From contig JAXDKT010000161.1 of the NCBI GenBank assembly GCA_034666965.1, positions 5,603-69,602 on the forward strand: a stretch of DNA of 64,000 nucleotides, given 5' to 3'. Position numbers and translations under genes: made by a program. Positions 56,324 to 64,000 of this stretch are shown one piece after another. The stretch's first letter is position 1, and every line of letters starts with the position of its first letter. The DNA comes from Chloroflexota bacterium (GTDB taxonomy: Bacteria > Chloroflexota > Limnocylindria > Limnocylindrales > CSP1-4). The notes below the pieces were generated by a model. That model was not told where the DNA came from. It saw only the letters and a program-made list of their open reading frames with translations, and made no database searches.

Positions 56324-58367
56324 CGCTCTCCGTGGGCTCCGCGTTCAGGCTCGACCGGCCGCCGCGGCGATATGGGACGTCGGCGACGACAGTGTGCTCG
56401 CGGTCGATGAGCGCCGCCTTGAGACGTTTGGCGGTCTGGTTATACAGCAGACGCTCCCACCAGTGGCGGGCGACGTACTCGGGCAGGACCACCACGGTGA
56501 CGGGCGCCGGCTTGTCCGGGGGCCAGGCCAGGTCGAGGACGTCCAGATACGCCGAGATCGGCGCGATGAAGGCGCGGTAGGGCGACTCGACGATGACCAG
56601 GGGCACCCCCGGCAGCTGGTGTTCCCAGCGGCGCCGGAGCTCCTGGCCGTCGTCCTCGTCGTCGGTCACGTAGACCGCCCGGACGTCGCGGGCGATGGTC
56701 CGGCCGAAGTTGACCGCCTGCACGACCGCTCGGTTGATGCCGTTGACCGGAATCACCACCCGCTGCTCCCGATGCGGTCCGGCGAAGACCACGTCATCGC
56801 GGACGTGCAGCTCGGCCGCCTGGTCGCTGTACTCCCGATGGATGAGGCGCATGACCGTGACCAGGATCGGGATGAGCAGGATGACCAACCAGGCGCCGTC
56901 GCGGAACTTGACCGCGGTCACGATGATCGCCACCAGGCCCGTCAGACAGGCCCCGAACGCGTTGATCGCCAGCCGCCGCCGCCAGCCCGGGACCCGCTCG
57001 CGGAGCCAGTGCCGGATCATGCCGCTCTGGCTGATCGTGAAGTCGATGAACACCCCGACCGAGTAGAGCGGGATGAGCAGGTGCGTCTCGCCGCGAAAGA
57101 CGATGACCAGGCTGGCGGCCACGATGGCCAGGACGACGATCCCGTAGCTGAAGGCCAGGCGGTCGCCGCGGAAGGCGAATTGGCGGGGCATGAACCCGTC
57201 GCTGGCCAGGATCGCCAGCAACCGGGGAAACGCGTTGAAGCTCGTGTTCGCGGCCAGGAACAGCAGCAGCGCCGTGAAGGCCTGGAACAGGTAGAAGCCG
57301 ATCGAGCCAGCCCCATACACCCGGGCGGCGACCTGCGAGATCACCGTCTGCTTGGTGGGCTCGTCGATGTGGGTGATCCCGAAGTTCACCGCCAGGAAGG
57401 TGATCCCCAGGAAGAGCACCCCCAGGAGACCGGCCATGACCGTCAGGGTGGTCGCGGCATTCTTGGCCTCGGGCGGCTTGAAGGCCGGCACGCCGGTGGC
57501 GATCGCCTCGGTCCCGGTCAGCGCCACCGAACCCGCGGCGAAGGCGCGCAGGAAGAGGAGCACGGTGACCCCCTGGGCCGTCTCCGCGGTCCGGGCGACC
57601 TCCGCCTCGGAGAACTGGCCGTGCTCGCCGAGGACGATGATCCGGAATGAGCCCATTGCGATCATCAGCAGGGCCGAGCCCACGAACAGGTAGGTCGGCA
57701 CGGCAAAGATGTTGCCGGCCTCGCGCAGCCCGCGCAGGTTGCCCAGGGTGATCAGGCCGATGGCCACCACCCCGATGATCACCCGCTCGTCGGCAAGAGC
57801 CGGGATGGCCGAGGTGATCTGCTCCACGGCCGAGGAGGTCGACACCGCCACGGTCAGGGTGTAGTCGATGAGCAGTGCCGAGGCGGCGATCAGCGAGGCG
57901 TTCCGCCCGAAGTTGCGCTTCGAGACGGAGTACGAGCCGCCCCCGGTCGGATAGGCGATGCAGATCTGGCGATAGCTGAACGCGACGGCACCGAGCAGGA
58001 TGACGATCGCCAGGCTGACGTACAGGCCGTAGCTCAGGGCGACGGCCCCACCCAGAACCAGCACGCGCAGGATCTCCTCGGTCGCGTACGCGCTCGACGA
58101 GATCGCGTCGGAGCTGAAGATGGCCAGCGCCTTGACCTTCGACAGGCGCTCGCCGATTTCCGCCTCCGACGCCAAGGGACGACCGATCAGCCAGGCCTTG
58201 GTCCGGGCATAGGCTCGTCCGGCCGCGGTCTTGGGCCGGCTGGCGGCTTCCCTGGCGGTCAGCTGTCCCGGGCCGGCCCAGCGGAAGAAGGGAGCGTGGG
58301 GTCGCTCGACCCGGACGCGCTTGTCGCCGGGCTTGCGTCCCTGGACCGGCCGCCGTCCGCCGATCAT
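56289..58367 (-). CDS. kimA: KimA-family K+/H+ symporter, tandem paralog copy 2
   Basis: Same architecture. The N-terminus (MIGGRRPVQGRKPGDKRVRVERPHAPFFRWAGPGQL) is conserved with copy 1, which supports both starts. The 3' end overlaps the copy-1 start by 35 nt. Confidence 0.8.
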   Translation of the reverse strand: MIGGRRPVQGRKPGDKRVRVERPHAPFFRWAGPGQLTAREAASRPKTAAGRAYARTKAWLIGRPLASEAEIGERLSKVKALAIFSSDAISSSAYATEEILRVLVLGGAVALSYGLYVSLAIVILLGAVAFSYRQICIAYPTGGGSYSVSKRNFGRNASLIAASALLIDYTLTVAVSTSSAVEQITSAIPALADERVIIGVVAIGLITLGNLRGLREAGNIFAVPTYLFVGSALLMIAMGSFRIIVLGEHGQFSEAEVARTAETAQGVTVLLFLRAFAAGSVALTGTEAIATGVPAFKPPEAKNAATTLTVMAGLLGVLFLGITFLAVNFGITHIDEPTKQTVISQVAARVYGAGSIGFYLFQAFTALLLFLAANTSFNAFPRLLAILASDGFMPRQFAFRGDRLAFSYGIVVLAIVAASLVIVFRGETHLLIPLYSVGVFIDFTISQSGMIRHWLRERVPGWRRRLAINAFGACLTGLVAIIVTAVKFRDGAWLVILLIPILVTVMRLIHREYSDQAAELHVRDDVVFAGPHREQRVVIPVNGINRAVVQAVNFGRTIARDVRAVYVTDDEDDGQELRRRWEHQLPGVPLVIVESPYRAFIAPISAYLDVLDLAWPPDKPAPVTVVVLPEYVARHWWERLLYNQTAKRLKAALIDREHTVVADVPYRRGGRSSLNAEPTESDDRRTAPPPGA

Positions 58368-58391
58368 CGGCGGAGCGCGCCGGCGAGCGGG

Positions 58392-59150
58392 TCAGACGCC
58401 ATGGTCGAGGCGTCCGATGTGCCGGTCCGGAAGCTTGAGCCGGCGCATGGCGGCCTGCGTCGCCGCGATGTCGTAGGGCACGCGATGCCAGCTGAGCTCG
58501 GCACGCTCGAGGTCCAGGACGAGACAGCTTGCCCGTGGATCGCCGTCGCGTGGCTGGCCGACGCTGCCCGGATTGGCCAGCAGCCGACGCCCGTCGAGGC
58601 CGAGGATCGAGCCGGCCGCTGGACGGAGCGTCTCGACGCCCATGCCAGCCGAGCCGCCATCGGCTTCCTCGCGGAAGACCGACGGCAGGTGCGTGTGGCC
58701 ATGGAGCCCGTACGTCGTTTGGAGCGCCTCGATGTTGGGGCGCGCGACGGCCGCACTGGTGACGTACTCCCAGGTCGGATCGCGCGGGCTGCCATGGACG
58801 AGGCTGAAGTCGCCCTCGGCCCAGCGCTCGGGAAGGGCCGCCAGCCAGGTCCGGGTGTCGCCGCCGATGGCCTTGCGGGTCCACTCCATGGCTCGCCTGG
58901 CGTCGACGTTGAAGTAGTCGATCTCCGGGCCGCCCACGGCGGCGGCGTCATGGTTGCCGCGGACGCCGACCGCTTGCCGTTCCCGCAGTCGGGCGACCAC
59001 GCCATCGGGTTCCGGACCGTAGCCCACAACATCGCCGAGGTGCCACACGGCATCGGTCGAGCCGACCGCGGCGAGGACGCTGTCCAGGGCGACGAGGTTG
59101 GCGTGGATATCCGACAAGACCGCGATCCGCACCGACAGAGTTTCCGACAC
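58392..59150 (-). CDS. calcineurin-like metallophosphoesterase (YfcE/MJ0936-type)
   Basis: IAVLSDIHAN (motif I), HLGDVVGYGPEP (GDxxD/G), VRGNHD (GNHD/E), LVHGSP, GHTHLP. Confidence 0.8.
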   Translation of the reverse strand: MSETLSVRIAVLSDIHANLVALDSVLAAVGSTDAVWHLGDVVGYGPEPDGVVARLRERQAVGVRGNHDAAAVGGPEIDYFNVDARRAMEWTRKAIGGDTRTWLAALPERWAEGDFSLVHGSPRDPTWEYVTSAAVARPNIEALQTTYGLHGHTHLPSVFREEADGGSAGMGVETLRPAAGSILGLDGRRLLANPGSVGQPRDGDPRASCLVLDLERAELSWHRVPYDIAATQAAMRRLKLPDRHIGRLDHGV

Positions 59151-59213
59151 TTCGGCGTCAGGCGGGGGCCGACTGCGTCGCCCGGGCCCGAAGGCCCCAA
59201 CGGCCGATCCGGG

Positions 59214-60059
59214 TCAGGGCGGACGGCGCTTGCGCTCCCGGGGATCCCTGGGGTATCGGGCGGGTGTCGGGCGGGACTTGGTGACGACCACCAGGACGTG
59301 CTCGTCGAGGCCCAGCCGCGGATCGACGTCGACGATCGTCGGCGGATCGCCACCCAGGCTCTCGATCGCATCCTTGGCGGCAGCCAGCTCGGGGGTCACG
59401 TCGCGCCGTTTCCAGGCGACGAGCACGCCATTCGGCGCGAGGAGGGGCAGGCTCAGCTCGGCCAGCTCGGTCAGATCGCCGACCGCCCGGGCGACGACCG
59501 CCGGCCAGCGCTCCCGATGACGTCGGTCGGCGGCGAGCTCCTCGGCCCGGCCGGCGAACGCCTCGACCACGGCGGTCGAGCCCAGCGCCGCGCCGGCAAC
59601 CTCGAGGAAGCGCGCCTTCTTGGCCACGCTTTCGACAAGGAGCGCCCGACGCGCGGGCAGGACGATCGCCAGGGGCAGTCCCGGGAAGCCGCCGCCGCTG
59701 CCCAGATCGACCAGGGTGTCAATGCGCCGCTCGCGCAGAAGCGCCACGGCGGTCAGGCTGTCGAGGATGTGGCGGCGCACGGCCTCGAGCGGATCGCGGA
59801 TCGCGGTCAGGTTGATCGCCGCGTTCCAGGCGAGGAGCAGTCGGAGATGGTCGATGAGGGCCGTCCTGGCCGGCTCGCCTAGTTCCCGAAGCCCGAGCGT
59901 GACCAGGCCAGTGTCCAGGACGGCCTGAGCGGCGGGGGCGAGCTCGGGAAGGTCCTCGACGCGCGACGGGAGCGGTTCGCGAAGGCGATCCACAGGCCTC
60001 CTCGATGGTGGGCGTGGACCGAGCGCGAGCCGCCCCCGGCGTCGTTGCTGGCTCGGCAT
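59214..60059 (-). CDS. rsmG: 16S rRNA (guanine527-N7)-methyltransferase RsmG (GidB)
   Basis: LLLAWNAAINLTAIRDPLEAVRRHILDS, VDLGSGGGFPGLPLAIV (SAM motif), VESVAKKARFLE. The true start is probably an internal GTG near 59994; the N-terminal 20 aa are Arg/Pro-rich. Confidence 0.8.
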   Translation of the reverse strand: MPSQQRRRGRLALGPRPPSRRPVDRLREPLPSRVEDLPELAPAAQAVLDTGLVTLGLRELGEPARTALIDHLRLLLAWNAAINLTAIRDPLEAVRRHILDSLTAVALLRERRIDTLVDLGSGGGFPGLPLAIVLPARRALLVESVAKKARFLEVAGAALGSTAVVEAFAGRAEELAADRRHRERWPAVVARAVGDLTELAELSLPLLAPNGVLVAWKRRDVTPELAAAKDAIESLGGDPPTIVDVDPRLGLDEHVLVVVTKSRPTPARYPRDPRERKRRPP

Positions 60060-60200
60060 GGTGGATCGTTCGGTTTGCCGCGCCTCATCCGGTTCTGGCC
60101 CCGGTTTCCCGGTCGCCCCTCGCGAGTCACGGTCCCCTGCGTTGCCGCCATGTCGTGCGGAAGCCGGACGCTACGGGACGGCCCCGCCGAAGTCAACGCG

Positions 60201-60243
60201 GTTATCCACGAACCGTCGGCAGCCGTCCACGTTGGTGGATAAC
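60201..60243. promoter_or_regulatory. inverted pair of DnaA-box-like 9-mers GTTATCCAC-N25-GTGGATAAC
   Basis: TTATCCAC matches 8/9 of the DnaA box TTATCCACA on each arm. A third weaker CGTCCACG lies in the spacer. Located in the histidine-kinase / rsmG intergenic region. Confidence 0.35.
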
Positions 60244-60289
60244 CGAGCGCTGACGGTGGATGGGGACCGGCTCAGGCCGATTCGTCGGC

Positions 60290-61933
60290 CTACGCCGGTC
60301 CGGGCGGATCCGTCCGGGACAGGGCGCCCTGGATCGAGCGAAGCCTGACCGGAACGCTGCCTGGCTCGGCTCCCCGTGGCGCCGGCTTGCCCGGCTCGCG
60401 GGGCGGCGCGGACAGGGCCACGGGCCGCCCGGCCGCCCGCATCGCACGCAGGACGGCGGCCTCCTCGAGCAGGATCTCCTCCTCGGCCAGGGCCCGCTCG
60501 AGGACCGCGCCAAGGGGCTCCTCGCCGATCTGGGTAGCGCCCGGCAGGACCAGGACGAAGCTCGAGCCGGACTCCGGGACGGAGGCAACGGCCAAGTCGC
60601 CGTCCATCGCCCGGGCGAGATCCTGGGCGATGGCCAGCCCGAGACCCGTGCCGCTGATCGACGCCTGGGCGTCGGCCCGGTAGAACCGCTCGAAGATCCG
60701 GTCCCGGTCTTCGCTGGCGATCCCGGGGCCGTCGTCGCGGACCGCCAGAATGGCGCTCGAGCCGTCGAACGACCCGACCAGCTCGACATGGCCACCCTCC
60801 GGGGTGAACTTGAGGGCGTTGCCCAGAAGGTTGGTCAGGATCCGCTGGACCTCGCGCCGGTCGCCTGTCGCGGCGCGCATCCGGGGTGGGAGATTCGAGC
60901 TCAGCTCGATCCGCCGTTCGAGGGCCAGCGGGGTCAGCGCCGCCAGCGCCCGATTGCCGACCTCGGCCACGGAGAACGGCCGCAGGTCGAGATGGACGTT
61001 GCCGGCGTCGAGTCGCGAGATCTCGAGCAAGTCTCCGACCAGGTCGCCCATCGAGTCCACGATCAGCCGGCTGCGCTCGATGAAGTCGCGCTCGACCGCG
61101 GCATCCTGGACCTTGCCCTCGGCGATCAGGTCGAGGTATCCACTCAACCCGGTCAGCGGGGTACGCAAGTCGTGGGCGACGGTCGACACGAACCGCTCAC
61201 GCTGCCCTTCTCGGGCCCGGAGCGCCTCGAGCTCGCTGGCCGCGATCATCTGCGTGGTCACGAGGGCGAGGGCTACGGCAGCATGGCGCGCCAGGGTCGG
61301 GGGCAGGCGATTCGTCAGCGACAGGACGCCGTCCACGTCGGTCATCTCGAACCCCAGGACCACCTGCCCGGAACTCGGGATCTCGATCAGGGCGAAGCGT
61401 GCGTCGGGTGGGAGGCGATGGATGCGGCCGTTCGATTCATCGGCTGTCTCGACCTCGTCGTCGCCGATCCCCGGGACCGTGTCGCTGGCCTCGAGCTCGG
61501 GGATGGCGACCCCCTGCCCGTCGGGGTCGGGCAAGCGCGCCAGCATGACCGCGGCGCGACCCGCGGCGGCGCGCTCCGCGCGGCTGCGGTGGGCTTCGCT
61601 GTCGAGCCAGGCCGCCAACAGCTGGGCGTCGCCTTCGTCCTCGGCCGCTCCGAGGGAGACCGCGACGCGGCGCTCTGGGGCCTCGGACAGGACCGCCGCC
61701 CGGCGGGCGCCCACGGTCCGGGCAAGGAGGTCGAGCAGGCCGGCCAGGCAGGCATCGGCTGGTTGGCCCGAGGCGAGGATGTCGAGGGCGCGCGCGAGCA
61801 GGGCCGCCTCCTCGTGGGCGAGGCGGTCCTGCCTGCGCCGGGACGTCTGGCGACGCTCGACGTACGGTCCCGGCGGACCGACGCTCGGCGGGCGGGTCGG
61901 CAACCGGACGACCTGCGAATAACGATCGGCCAT
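60290..61933 (-). CDS. cytoplasmic sensor histidine kinase (N-terminal GAF-like sensory region, HisKA, HATPase_c) with C-terminal extension
   Basis: ATG 61933 (MADRYSQ). H-box STVAHDLRTPLTGLSGYLDL; N, G1, G2 boxes (LLGNALKFT, DDGPGI, GTGLGLAIA). No TM segments. No response regulator adjacent. Confidence 0.8.
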   Translation of the reverse strand: MADRYSQVVRLPTRPPSVGPPGPYVERRQTSRRRQDRLAHEEAALLARALDILASGQPADACLAGLLDLLARTVGARRAAVLSEAPERRVAVSLGAAEDEGDAQLLAAWLDSEAHRSRAERAAAGRAAVMLARLPDPDGQGVAIPELEASDTVPGIGDDEVETADESNGRIHRLPPDARFALIEIPSSGQVVLGFEMTDVDGVLSLTNRLPPTLARHAAVALALVTTQMIAASELEALRAREGQRERFVSTVAHDLRTPLTGLSGYLDLIAEGKVQDAAVERDFIERSRLIVDSMGDLVGDLLEISRLDAGNVHLDLRPFSVAEVGNRALAALTPLALERRIELSSNLPPRMRAATGDRREVQRILTNLLGNALKFTPEGGHVELVGSFDGSSAILAVRDDGPGIASEDRDRIFERFYRADAQASISGTGLGLAIAQDLARAMDGDLAVASVPESGSSFVLVLPGATQIGEEPLGAVLERALAEEEILLEEAAVLRAMRAAGRPVALSAPPREPGKPAPRGAEPGSVPVRLRSIQGALSRTDPPGPA

Positions 61934-62012
61934 TCGCCCATCGTCGTCCGGCCGGTGCCTGGCGGAAATCCCCCGTCCGCCGGACCGTCCGGCCCGGAAG
62001 TACCGCGTCCGG

Positions 62013-62372
62013 CTACGCCCCGCGTACCGGTCGGACCGGTCGTCCGATCGTCCGGCGCACGACGTCGATGACCTCGTCGACATACTCGTCGGCCTGACCG
62101 CGATCGGCGGCTGTCCGGACGCAGCCGCGGACATGGTCCTCGAGAACCAGGATCGAGACCGCGTCGACGGCCGCGCGCAACGCGGCGGTCTGCTGGAGGA
62201 TGTCGACGCAGTACTCCTCGCGCTCGATCATCCGGGCGATGCCGCGGACCTGACCCTCGATCCGGCTCAGCCGGCGGACCAGCGTGCCCTTGTCCTTTGA
62301 GTAGCTGTGACGAAAGTCGTCGGAGCCGCCCGCTGCCTGGGTCGGCCGGCCCTGCGCTGCGCTCCTGGCCAT
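62013..62372 (-). CDS. csoR: CsoR/RcnR-family metal-sensing transcriptional repressor
   Basis: LVRRLSRIEGQVRGIARMIEREEYCVDILQQTAALRAAVDAVSILVLEDHVRGC: C-H-C metal-ligand pattern of CsoR. Start set at MARSAAQG. Confidence 0.75.
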   Translation of the reverse strand: MARSAAQGRPTQAAGGSDDFRHSYSKDKGTLVRRLSRIEGQVRGIARMIEREEYCVDILQQTAALRAAVDAVSILVLEDHVRGCVRTAADRGQADEYVDEVIDVVRRTIGRPVRPVRGA

Positions 62373-62418
62373 CGGTCTCCTTCCGCGCCGCGGGCAGTTC
62401 TCACCCGCCGTCGGGATC

Positions 62419-62456
62419 ATACTCCCTGGCAGTATTGGCGATGGAGGGCAGGGTAT
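62419..62456. promoter_or_regulatory. candidate CsoR operator: pseudo-palindrome ATACTCCCTGGCAGTAT followed by GGGCAGGGTAT
   Basis: GC-core, AT-flanked inverted repeat of the CsoR operator type (ATACCC...GGGTAT-like). It lies 45-85 bp upstream of the csoR start. Confidence 0.35.
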
Positions 62457-62568
62457 TCGTCGTCGGTCGGGTCCATGCGGTCGACTGGCCGATCGTCGGT
62501 CGGCTAGACTGCGCTTCGATGGATCTCCGCGATCGTCCGTCTGCGCGACCGGCCGCCGAGGCCCCCGC

Positions 62569-63183
62569 GTGAGCGACTCGCGGCCGGCCCAGCCCGAGCC
62601 CGACGTCGCGGATAGCGGCCCCCGAAGAGCCGAGACTGGCCCGGCCTTTGCCCACGCCAGCGAGGCTGAGCTCTCCCGGATCCTCGACTTCTACGCGGTC
62701 CGCTGGGAGTACGAGCCGCGCGTCTTTCCGATCCTGTGGAACACCGACGGCGACGTCCTGGAGAGCTTTGCACCCGACTTCTACCTGCCCGACCTCGACC
62801 TCTACGTCGAGATGACGACGCTTCGCCAGAAGCTCGTGCGCAAGAAGAACCGCAAGCTGCGCCGGCTCCGCGAGCTCTATCCGGACGTCCGGATCAAGCT
62901 GTTCTACGCGCGCGACTTCCGGGCCCTGATGCTCAAGTACGGCCGTCTCGCGCTGGCCGACGAGCTGTCCGGGACCTCCGGCCAGGTGACCCCCGGACGA
63001 CCGTACGCCGAGCTCCTGGCCGGGCCGTTCGGGGTCGCTGTCGGGGTCGACTCAGGCAGTGCTGCGGCCGTCCCCGCCGACTCCCTGGCGGTCGGGCTTG
63101 GGCCGACCCGCCGTCGCCGGCGCCGACCCGCGCCGGTCGAGGGCCAGCCCACCCGCGCTGAGGTCGGGACGGCCGACCGGTGA
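62569..63183 (+). CDS. hypothetical protein (possible nuclease-like core), Arg-rich low-complexity tail
   Basis: Conserved-looking core YAVRWEYEPRVFPILWNTDGDVLESFAPDFYLPDLDLYVEMTTLRQKLVRKKNRK. No confident family assignment. Confidence 0.45.
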   Translation: MSDSRPAQPEPDVADSGPRRAETGPAFAHASEAELSRILDFYAVRWEYEPRVFPILWNTDGDVLESFAPDFYLPDLDLYVEMTTLRQKLVRKKNRKLRRLRELYPDVRIKLFYARDFRALMLKYGRLALADELSGTSGQVTPGRPYAELLAGPFGVAVGVDSGSAAAVPADSLAVGLGPTRRRRRRPAPVEGQPTRAEVGTADR

Positions 63184-63746
63184 CGACCACGGTCGATCTC
63201 CACGCCGACGTCGCGGAGGTCCTCGTGTCCGAGGAGGCGATCCAGAACCGGGTCCGCGAGCTGGGTCAGCAGATCAGCGACGACTATCGCGGCCGCGACC
63301 TGACCCTGGTCAGCGTGCTCAAGGGTTCGCTCCCGTTCATGGCCGATCTGATGCGCGCGATCGACGTGCCGGTCCGGATCGACCTGATGGAGGTTTCTTC
63401 GTACGGGGGCACGGCGACCGAGTCGTCCGGCCTGGTGCGCATCCTCAAGGATCTCTCCTCGAGCATCGCCGGCAACGATGTCCTCCTCGTCGAGGACATC
63501 ATCGACACCGGGCTGACCCTCAATTACCTCATCCGCTACCTTCGGGGCAAGAACCCCGCGTCGCTGCGCATCTGCACCCTGCTCGACAAGCCGGCCCGCC
63601 GGCTGGTCGACATTCCGGTCGACTACACCGGGTTCACCATCGAAGACCGCTTCGTGGTCGGCTACGGGCTGGACTACGGGGAGCTGTACCGCAACCTGCG
63701 CTTCGTGGGCGTGCTCCGCCCCGAGGTCTATTCGGGCGGCGGCTGA
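63180..63746 (+). CDS. hpt: hypoxanthine-guanine phosphoribosyltransferase
   Basis: LTLVSVLKGSLPFMADL, PRPP motif VLLVEDIIDTGLTL, FVVGYGLDY. Confidence 0.9.
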   Translation: MTTTVDLHADVAEVLVSEEAIQNRVRELGQQISDDYRGRDLTLVSVLKGSLPFMADLMRAIDVPVRIDLMEVSSYGGTATESSGLVRILKDLSSSIAGNDVLLVEDIIDTGLTLNYLIRYLRGKNPASLRICTLLDKPARRLVDIPVDYTGFTIEDRFVVGYGLDYGELYRNLRFVGVLRPEVYSGGG

Positions 63747-63762
63747 GGCGGCCGTGCATCGT

Positions 63763-64000
63763 CGACCGCTCGGCCGGGGTCGTCTGCTGGCCACGATCGG
63801 GGCGCTGATCGTGCTCGTCGGCTGCGTCCTGCCGTGGTATTCGATCGGCGGCGCACTGGGAACCGGTCTCCCGGCCGAGACCCTCAACGCCTTCTCCGAC
63901 AAGGGCATCGGGGTGTTCATCTGCGCCCTGGTCGTGCTCGCCCTGGTGAGCCTGCCCTACGCAGCCGGCGACAAGCCGTTGGCGGTCGACCGTGCCCTGT
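63763..64000 (+). CDS. membrane protein, 5' fragment (runs off window end)
   Basis: GTG-initiated; two hydrophobic segments (LLATIGALIVLVGCVLPWY; VFICALVVLALVSLPY). Confidence 0.35.

Noticed and set aside
60201-60243. Calling this the chromosomal origin (oriC)
   Set aside because: There are only two or three DnaA-box-like sites, no AT-rich unwinding element, and no dnaA/dnaN/rpmH/parAB context in the window. It is kept only as a candidate regulatory palindrome.

Overview
This is a high-GC (about 70%) chromosomal segment that looks actinobacterial, with dense operon-like packing. The evidence for that is PimA/PatA/Ino1/PgsA phosphatidylinositol-mannoside genes, a Pmt/Ppm-type mannosylation pair, an HspR heat-shock regulator and ceoBC-like RCK genes. 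No rRNA, tRNA, CRISPR array or mobile element was recognisable by eye. Gene starts were re-derived where the six-frame track clearly over-extends ORFs across neighbouring genes.

Content, 5' to 3':
- 0-16.5 kb, cell-envelope block: a rhomboid protease, a BFN nuclease, a stand-alone Ppm-like GT2 transcribed divergently from an approx. 1800-aa double GT-C mannosyltransferase fusion, and a compact phosphatidylinositol / PI-mannoside operon (pgsA, ino1, two tandem PatA-like acyltransferases, a PHP phosphoesterase, pimA) preceded by an ArsR-type regulator.
- 16.9-22.9 kb: APH-family kinase, MFS exporter, CorA, a sortase-fold protein, TlpA-like thioredoxin, OtsB-like phosphatase.
- 22.9-37.7 kb: a complete-looking complex I (nuo) operon whose NADH-input module is rearranged (see below).
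- 38-44 kb: a MidA/NDUFAF7-like methyltransferase directly upstream of nuoA, then folK, glpX, purH.
- 44.7-52.3 kb: nudix hydrolase, then hspR-lon-dnaJ-like-clpB with a perfect HspR-type inverted repeat.
- 52.5-58.4 kb: a K+ homeostasis island (two RCK genes, usp, two tandem KimA-family transporters).
- 58.4-64 kb: metallophosphoesterase, rsmG, a csoR-histidine kinase pair, hpt.

The most unusual feature is the nuo operon. It has no canonical nuoE or nuoG. The nuoI sequence is split across two fusion proteins. An 869-aa protein joins a NuoG/HydA-type N-terminal Fe-S domain, a GltD/NfnB-type FAD-NAD(P)H oxidoreductase and a NuoI-type 2x[4Fe-4S] ferredoxin. This points to a Bfu/Nfn-like NAD(P)H input module attached to an otherwise standard complex I. 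The second notable item is a PHP-family phosphoesterase inside the PI/PIM operon, positioned to be the missing phosphatidylinositol-phosphate phosphatase.
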